DNA from: Desulfocapsa sulfexigens DSM 10523
Lineage (GTDB): Bacteria; Desulfobacterota; Desulfobulbia; Desulfobulbales; Desulfocapsaceae
Assembly (NCBI RefSeq): GCF_000341395.1
Contig: NC_020304.1
Coordinates: 600,001-632,000 of the forward strand
Direction of reading: 5' to 3'
DNA length: 32,000 nt
Of the stretch, positions 27,301 to 32,000 are shown in pieces. The translations under genes were made by a program, and so were the position numbers. The first letter of the stretch is position 1. The number at the start of each line of letters is the position of its first letter. The notes under the pieces are model-generated. The model was given only the letters and a program-made list of their open reading frames with translations. It was not told where the DNA came from and searched no databases.

Positions 27301-27878
27301 TGATGCACTCAATTACAAAAATATCAGCAATCTCTTTTATAATAGTTTGTCTGATATTTTTTGTTAGCGGCTGTCAAAAGGGCAATGTTGACAGGCCAGA
27401 GAACGTTCAACCCTTTGTCCCCCTTCGTGTCGAATTTAGCGGACTCACGAAAGACATATCAGTTGAAAGAGAGCTTGAAAAACTATTGTTCTGCCGAAAC
27501 TGCCTGTTTCTTCGCGCAGCAACCACTCCTTCTCTCTACACGTTAAAAATCGAATATAATCGCATCATTGATCTTAAAAGTTTAGGATTTTTTCTTTTGA
27601 GTGCTGCTCTGGCCCCCATAAAAGCTGACTTTCATTACAGCCTTCGGGTACAGGTGGTCAAAGATGATCTTGTCCTCAAAGAGTACCTATATGCAACACA
27701 AAATCAGGAATATACTGATTCTGCCTTTGAGAGCATGTTCAACCCCTTTCATGATGCAAACGGCAGGTCTGAAGAGATATTTACTACATTAGCGAAGAGC
27801 TTTCTCCATGACATCCTGGCTGATAAACCTTTACCGCAGATTAGTCCTCAAGATGAGAAGCACTCTTTGAAATACTGA
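27300..27878 (+). CDS. Hypothetical lipoprotein, 192 aa
   Basis: Lipobox FFVSGC after a hydrophobic N-terminus. Translationally coupled to the upstream ORF. No family recognised. Confidence 0.6.
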   Translation: MMHSITKISAISFIIVCLIFFVSGCQKGNVDRPENVQPFVPLRVEFSGLTKDISVERELEKLLFCRNCLFLRAATTPSLYTLKIEYNRIIDLKSLGFFLLSAALAPIKADFHYSLRVQVVKDDLVLKEYLYATQNQEYTDSAFESMFNPFHDANGRSEEIFTTLAKSFLHDILADKPLPQISPQDEKHSLKY

Positions 27879-27968
27879 AAACTAATGGAATACTGAATGC
27901 TTCCCTTAAGTGTTTTTTTTTGATATTACATTCCAACCTCAGGGCCTCGGATCCTTGCGACTTACTAC

Positions 27969-28241
27969 ATGCCTTGTCCGGGATTTCTACATAAAACTGG
28001 AGTTATAGGGTTGAGCATGGCACCACTCTACAAAAGTATCGGAAGGTGGTTCCTGGCCGGGTGCAGAATCTTTGTTGGAGTACTGGTTGCCAAAACCGGT
28101 ATAGGACTGCTGCAGGGACTGCCTTTCCGTGGCTACAACAGGCAGGATGACTTATTTATCGGCGGCTTTGTCCTTTTACTCGGAGCCTATATTATTTTCT
28201 CCACCTTCTTTTCCCTCTTTTTTCCTGACAAGAAGATATGA
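27969..28241 (+). CDS. Hypothetical small membrane protein (start uncertain; ATG 28017 is an alternative)
   Basis: Open frame with two hydrophobic segments (IFVGVLVAKTGIGLL, FIGGFVLLLGAYIIFSTFFSLFF). No other support. Confidence 0.35.
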   Translation: MPCPGFLHKTGVIGLSMAPLYKSIGRWFLAGCRIFVGVLVAKTGIGLLQGLPFRGYNRQDDLFIGGFVLLLGAYIIFSTFFSLFFPDKKI

Positions 28242-28326
28242 TGCAGCATTCTGCGGACAGCTATACCAGCTCATCATCGTCAAATGAAATCGAATGGGAT
28301 AACACCTGTCAATGGGATCGCAATAC

Positions 28327-28364
28327 AAAAAACCTCCAGGCTAACGATGAGATACCCTGAAGGT
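28327..28364 (-). terminator. Rho-independent terminator of cassette copy B
   Basis: Minus strand reads ACCTTCAGG-(15 nt)-CCTGGAGGT (8 of 9 pairs) followed by T6. Homologous in position and sequence to the copy A terminator. Confidence 0.5.
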
Positions 28365-28399
28365 TCATATGGGGATATTCCCCTATTAATTTTTTCTTT

Positions 28400-28699
28400 C
28401 TATTTTGAAGCTATAGCCTCGGCAGGAGCCTTGTTTACGTATTTAAAAAATACCGGGAAGGCGACAAAGAAGGCCACACAGAGCAGATACTCAATACCTT
28501 TGATATGGGTGTAGTAGTCAACCAGGGTATGCAGAGGTTTTACCATTCCGATCGCCACCATATACTGTCCGGCAAGCTCACTTACTGACCAGCCAACCGA
28601 TGAAAGAGCACTTGTAAGGGCTGCACCAACCCAGAGACACATGATTGAACCGGCTGCGAGAAGTATTCTTGATCCTGTTTTTGATGTATTTTGTTTCAT
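28400..28699 (-). CDS. Uncharacterised 99-aa membrane protein, cassette copy B
   Basis: Paralogue of 18544-18843. It differs only at residues 3 and 5 and in the last 6 residues. Confidence 0.75.
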   Translation of the reverse strand: MKQNTSKTGSRILLAAGSIMCLWVGAALTSALSSVGWSVSELAGQYMVAIGMVKPLHTLVDYYTHIKGIEYLLCVAFFVAFPVFFKYVNKAPAEAIASK

Positions 28700-28741
28700 G
28701 GTCGTATCCTTATCTCTATATTTTAAATTTTTGTTAACTTA

Positions 28742-28936
28742 TCAGCCGATAACTGCGGTCAAATACCCTTTAACAACGTTCGTGGGTCCCATGCTCATCA
28801 TTGCGCTTGCGAGACAGGCAAATCCCCAGATTCCAACAAGAGCTGCCATGGTCATGCCAGCACCAAGTACAAATGTAGAAGTTTCGTATCCAGTGTTAGC
28901 CCGAGTAGTAGTTGTGATTTGAGTGTTTGTAGTCAT
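28742..28936 (-). CDS. Uncharacterised 64-aa single-pass membrane protein, cassette copy B
   Basis: GGAGG-N5-ATG at 28936. Paralogue of 18885-19079, with 10 of 64 residues different, mostly in the N-terminal tail and just after the TM helix. Confidence 0.7.
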   Translation of the reverse strand: MTTNTQITTTTRANTGYETSTFVLGAGMTMAALVGIWGFACLASAMMSMGPTNVVKGYLTAVIG

Positions 28937-28993
28937 GGTGTCCTCCATATAGGTTTGATATAGCTGAATTTTTCTTTTCTTTGCCCTCTATGT

Positions 28994-29009
28994 AGCACCA
29001 ATCATGCCA
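28994..29009 (-). promoter_or_regulatory. Sigma54 -24/-12 promoter of cassette copy B
   Basis: Minus strand reads TGGCATGATTGGTGCT (GG-N10-GC), at the same offset from the start codon as in copy A. Confidence 0.6.
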
Positions 29010-29099
29010 GTTTGACTCCTCCTCGCTCCGCACCAACAACAATAGCGCTATCGCAATGATATTGCGTGCAAATCAACAACAACACCCCCAAAAACCCAT

Positions 29100-29130
29100 T
29101 GCGACACTTCTGTATTCTGGTAGTGTGGCA
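29100..29130. promoter_or_regulatory. Candidate enhancer-binding-protein site (UAS), copy B: TGCGACACT-N13-AGTGTGGCA
   Basis: Half-sites and spacing are identical to copy A, while the 13-nt spacer and flanks differ. Confidence 0.45.
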
Positions 29131-29246
29131 AAGATCAGAACTGTAGTTTAAGAGAGGAATTGTGTGGTCTTACTTCGACGGATGTGTTGCAAGTCTTACG
29201 GATAGGTGTGGTTGGAATGGGACAGGGGATGATTTTTAGTCAGGAA

Positions 29247-30587
29247 TCAGAAAAAGTATCGTGCCCGCAGCTCTAACTTATTGGAATTAACTTTTTCTCC
29301 GTACTCGGTGTGGCTTCCGCCATCAATCATTGAGAAATTAAGACGAAATTCCCAATTAGTGACCCCGGTATAGACAACTTCCGGGGTTATGGAATAGCTT
29401 TGATCTTCCAGATTGATAAGGGCAACTATCCCGGGACTCAAATAAAGAAGGTCAAAGGGTTCCTTCTGGCTGAACTTTGCATACAAATAATGGCGTCCTG
29501 GCTGTGGCCGGCCATATCCCTTCAGGCTCATTTCTCTGGCCCTGTCCAGCAAGTCAGTTCCAGGTTCCAAGCTTTGGGAAAACCCAGCCTCTGCAAGTTG
29601 ATAAAAATCTGCCATCTCCTCCTCACTGTAGCCACCACCGTTATAATAATATTCCACAATAGACGTGACATCGTTTTCTGAGAGATAGCGAATCCCAAGC
29701 AAAGCGGAAAAGGTATCGTTTTCTTCAATGGATGAGGAGTTGTCTTCTTTAAGAATATTTTTTTTAAAACTGGGAATATACGCGGCTTCACCGTGGATCT
29801 CAAAGTGTGGCGCCAGATTGGTGGAGAAATCAAGGCCGATACTCTCGGAGCGGCTATTGCCAGTCAAGACCATCAGATCTATGTCGACATCCCTGTATAA
29901 GAGGTACAATTTCGCTGCCAGGTTGACTTCATCACTTTCGCCAAAATCATCATTGATATCATCCCATACCGGCAGCACGGCAATCGTCAGGGCAGCGGTT
30001 TGCAGAGCAGACTGCTGCCAGCTTTTAATAAAATCGCATTCCAGCGTCACATACCCCTCGAGGGCATCTTCGGGGTTATTGGGATCCTTGCGACGATTAA
30101 CAAAGCCCACCGGATTCCATGCATATCCCTTTCCCCATTTATAGGATTTTTTCCCAAGCGAGAATGTAGCGGAGGGAGTGGGTTGCAGAGACACATAGGC
30201 GGCGTTCACAAGCGTAAGGTCACTCCAGCCAATGGTATCCTGTTGCGCGGCAGCCTTAAGCTGTACATTTAGACTGCTTATACCATATTCATAACTGCCA
30301 TCAAGCTGTATACTGCCATAGAGCGAATCCATAGTGGATATATTGGGATCGGTAAGATTCAGGCGAGTAAAAACAGAGCCCTGGTTGATATCCGCATGCT
30401 CCCCCCTCAGCTCAACATACCCCCCGAGCTGATAGGGCTTCTTCTCAATCTCTTCAAGGTCAAAGGAGAATTCGTCACTACCATTTACAGGAGCAGCAAC
30501 TAACAGCAAACCAGACAGCAATAAAATCTTTGAAAAAAGAGATACAGTTATTCTACGATGAACTGTCCCTTTACTTTCGTAATTCAT
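29247..30587 (-). CDS. Putative outer-membrane beta-barrel protein, 446 aa
   Basis: Signal-like N-terminus (LLLSGLLLVAAPVNG), alternating amphipathic pattern, aromatic-rich C-terminus ending ELRARYFF. Downstream of a LolA-like gene in the same operon, with a 17-nt overlap. Confidence 0.6.
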   Translation of the reverse strand: MNYESKGTVHRRITVSLFSKILLLSGLLLVAAPVNGSDEFSFDLEEIEKKPYQLGGYVELRGEHADINQGSVFTRLNLTDPNISTMDSLYGSIQLDGSYEYGISSLNVQLKAAAQQDTIGWSDLTLVNAAYVSLQPTPSATFSLGKKSYKWGKGYAWNPVGFVNRRKDPNNPEDALEGYVTLECDFIKSWQQSALQTAALTIAVLPVWDDINDDFGESDEVNLAAKLYLLYRDVDIDLMVLTGNSRSESIGLDFSTNLAPHFEIHGEAAYIPSFKKNILKEDNSSSIEENDTFSALLGIRYLSENDVTSIVEYYYNGGGYSEEEMADFYQLAEAGFSQSLEPGTDLLDRAREMSLKGYGRPQPGRHYLYAKFSQKEPFDLLYLSPGIVALINLEDQSYSITPEVVYTGVTNWEFRLNFSMIDGGSHTEYGEKVNSNKLELRARYFF

Positions 30588-31317
30588 TAATCCGAGACAT
30601 ATAATTCAAGGTAAAGACTTCATCGGCAAATTCTTTTTTCTCTACCTTGGCAAAGAGCATCACCGACCGATAGCCCTTATGTAGAGGACTGTCTGTTTCA
30701 AGGAGTGACGGCCGCACCATACCATCACCAAAATCCTGTATCTTTGAATAGTGCAGAGTTTTAATAAGCATTCCGCTCACCGCATAACACTCGATATCCA
30801 AAGGCAGCAAAGACTCCTTATCAACCGTCATCTTTAAATGATCGTAGGCAACGGATGGTGATTTGGCCTTAAGATCCAGCTGATAGGTTTTTTCCTGTTC
30901 ACTGATACCCGTTGCATCATACTCGACGCTGTAATCGAGGCGCAGAATGTCGGAGTTATTAAAAATGCCTCCGATAACCGACTGGAGACTGGTGATACGT
31001 AGAGGTTTTCCGACATTGGGAATATAGAGCCACATATTATCCCCAAGACGCAGAGTAGCCCTTCCCTCTTCGCTGGCGGGTGAGATAAAGAGAGCAACCA
31101 TTTTATCCTGTCCGGTTTTTACGGTATAGAGAACAAATTCCTTTTTTTTCCCATCGGGCTCGACGTTAATCAGTTTCCGATACATTTCGTAGGATTGAGG
31201 CTGCATGTTGGCATCGACCTGACGAAGAATCTCGTTTCCATCGAGGGCAAACGCTGTTCCTGTGTGAAGGAAGACAACAACAACTGAACATATTATTCTT
31301 TGTAATATTCTATGCAT
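30571..31317 (-). CDS. Outer-membrane lipoprotein-sorting (LolA-like) protein
   Basis: Signal peptide, then the pattern ...GNEILRQVD...KMVALFISPASEEGRATLRLGDNMWLYIPNVGKPLRI...FNNSD... typical of LolA-like proteins next to FtsX-type permeases. Confidence 0.7.
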   Translation of the reverse strand: MHRILQRIICSVVVVFLHTGTAFALDGNEILRQVDANMQPQSYEMYRKLINVEPDGKKKEFVLYTVKTGQDKMVALFISPASEEGRATLRLGDNMWLYIPNVGKPLRITSLQSVIGGIFNNSDILRLDYSVEYDATGISEQEKTYQLDLKAKSPSVAYDHLKMTVDKESLLPLDIECYAVSGMLIKTLHYSKIQDFGDGMVRPSLLETDSPLHKGYRSVMLFAKVEKKEFADEVFTLNYMSRINELRK

Positions 31318-31343
31318 AACTTATTTATCCTTTCCTTCAGAAT

Positions 31344-32000
31344 TCAAACATGACGCAGAGCTGTTATCGGATCCATCTTCGCAGCTTTCCAGGCAGGCTG
31401 CAAGCTGGCAAGCACCGAGATAGCAACAACAATAACTGAAACTGTGATCACCTCTGAAGTCCCTATGGTAGGTGATAGAAGCAGACCTTTCTGTCGACCA
31501 AAGTCAAAACTGATCTGAAAGATATTCATGGCATAAATGGACCCCAGACTGATAACAACACCAACAAGCGTCCCGAGCAAGCCCAGCAGAAAACCTTCCA
31601 TGATAAACAGGGAAAGGATTTTATTGGGAGCAGTGCCAATGGCCGCAATGGTTCCGATTTCATTAATACGTTCATATACGGCCATTATCATCACATTCAT
31701 GATACTCACCAGAACAATGGCCACCAGCATTATCTTAATAAACAGTGTCATAAGATCAATCATACGGGCAATATTGAAAAAAGGTGAAAGCTTCTCCCAG
31801 GTATGAACATCAAACACAGGTTGATCCATTTTGTTTTTTATCGACCCGAGCGTATCGTTCAGGCTGGCAAAAACAGCTTCCAGAGACTGAATCGTTCTCA
31901 GGCGAATGGCAATTTCGCTGACCTCTTTATCCTCCATGCGCAGGAGACTTCTGGCATCCTCAATATGGATAACACCATCACGCCCACCTGGCCCGGAAAT
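31344..32000 (-). CDS. ABC transporter permease, FtsX/MacB/LolC-type (C-terminal part; 5' end outside window)
   Basis: The frame is open to the window edge. C-terminal four-helix FtsX module (ERINEIGTIAAIGT..., ...LASLQPAWKAAKMDPITALRHV). Confidence 0.8.
   Translation of the reverse strand: MSGPGGRDGVIHIEDARSLLRMEDKEVSEIAIRLRTIQSLEAVFASLNDTLGSIKNKMDQPVFDVHTWEKLSPFFNIARMIDLMTLFIKIMLVAIVLVSIMNVMIMAVYERINEIGTIAAIGTAPNKILSLFIMEGFLLGLLGTLVGVVISLGSIYAMNIFQISFDFGRQKGLLLSPTIGTSEVITVSVIVVAISVLASLQPAWKAAKMDPITALRHV

Larger units (their letters stand above)
28327..29215 (-). repeat. Direct repeat copy B (about 0.9 kb)
   Basis: Aligns by eye with 18461-19350. Same orientation. Confidence 0.85.

Noticed and set aside
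28284-28514. 76-aa + strand ORF (and 28641-28922, 18876-19106 and 18297-18488 on the + strand)
   Set aside because: They lie antisense to or overlap the cassette genes. The silent-substitution pattern supports the minus-strand frames, not these.
18461-29215. Composite transposon or genomic island bounded by the direct repeats
   Set aside because: No transposase, integrase, recombinase, tRNA target or short inverted terminal repeats are visible. The repeats are complete functional operons rather than IS elements.
1-32000. CRISPR arrays, tRNA/rRNA genes and tandem repeat arrays
   Set aside because: I looked for regularly spaced short repeats and for tRNA-like cloverleaf ends in all intergenic regions and saw none. 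The only substantial repeats are the two 0.9-kb cassette copies.

Overview
This is a chromosomal segment with no rRNA, tRNA, CRISPR array, transposase or integrase that I can see. I cannot assign the organism. All family calls come from reading motifs by eye, with no searches run.

Gene content, left to right:
- Housekeeping block (1-7.6 kb): 3' end of an IHF/HU gene, tsaC, guaB, guaA, pta, a hemerythrin and an Asp/Glu racemase.
- Regulator (8.5-10.6 kb): an unusual three-domain protein, GntR-type wHTH + MocR-type aminotransferase fold + LysR-type effector domain.
- G+C-rich minus-strand block (10.7-16.2 kb): modCBA, a ModE N-terminal-domain-only regulator, then arsR-acr3-(arsC remnant)-arsC.
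- An EAL-HDOD protein and a DUF486/DMT protein (16.6-18.3 kb).
- Two diverged direct copies (about 0.9 kb each, 9.86 kb apart) of a self-contained cassette I could not classify.
- A signalling island between the two cassette copies.
- A LolA-like / outer-membrane barrel / FtsX-permease cluster that runs off the right edge.

The cassette is the best candidate for something undescribed. On the minus strand each copy reads: palindromic upstream site, sigma54 -24/-12 promoter, 64-aa membrane protein, 99-aa membrane protein, terminator. The two copies differ mostly by silent substitutions, so both small ORFs look like real genes under purifying selection.

The island between the copies holds an orphan ModA-like binding protein 9 nt upstream of a GAF hybrid histidine kinase with three receivers, a receiver-GGDEF protein, a MORN protein and A+T-rich orphan exported proteins.

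Three genes (modC, acr3, MORN) are each broken by a single-base frameshift; the modC and acr3 breaks map to homopolymer runs, and the MORN break lies in a short stretch containing two. This may reflect sequencing error rather than biology.
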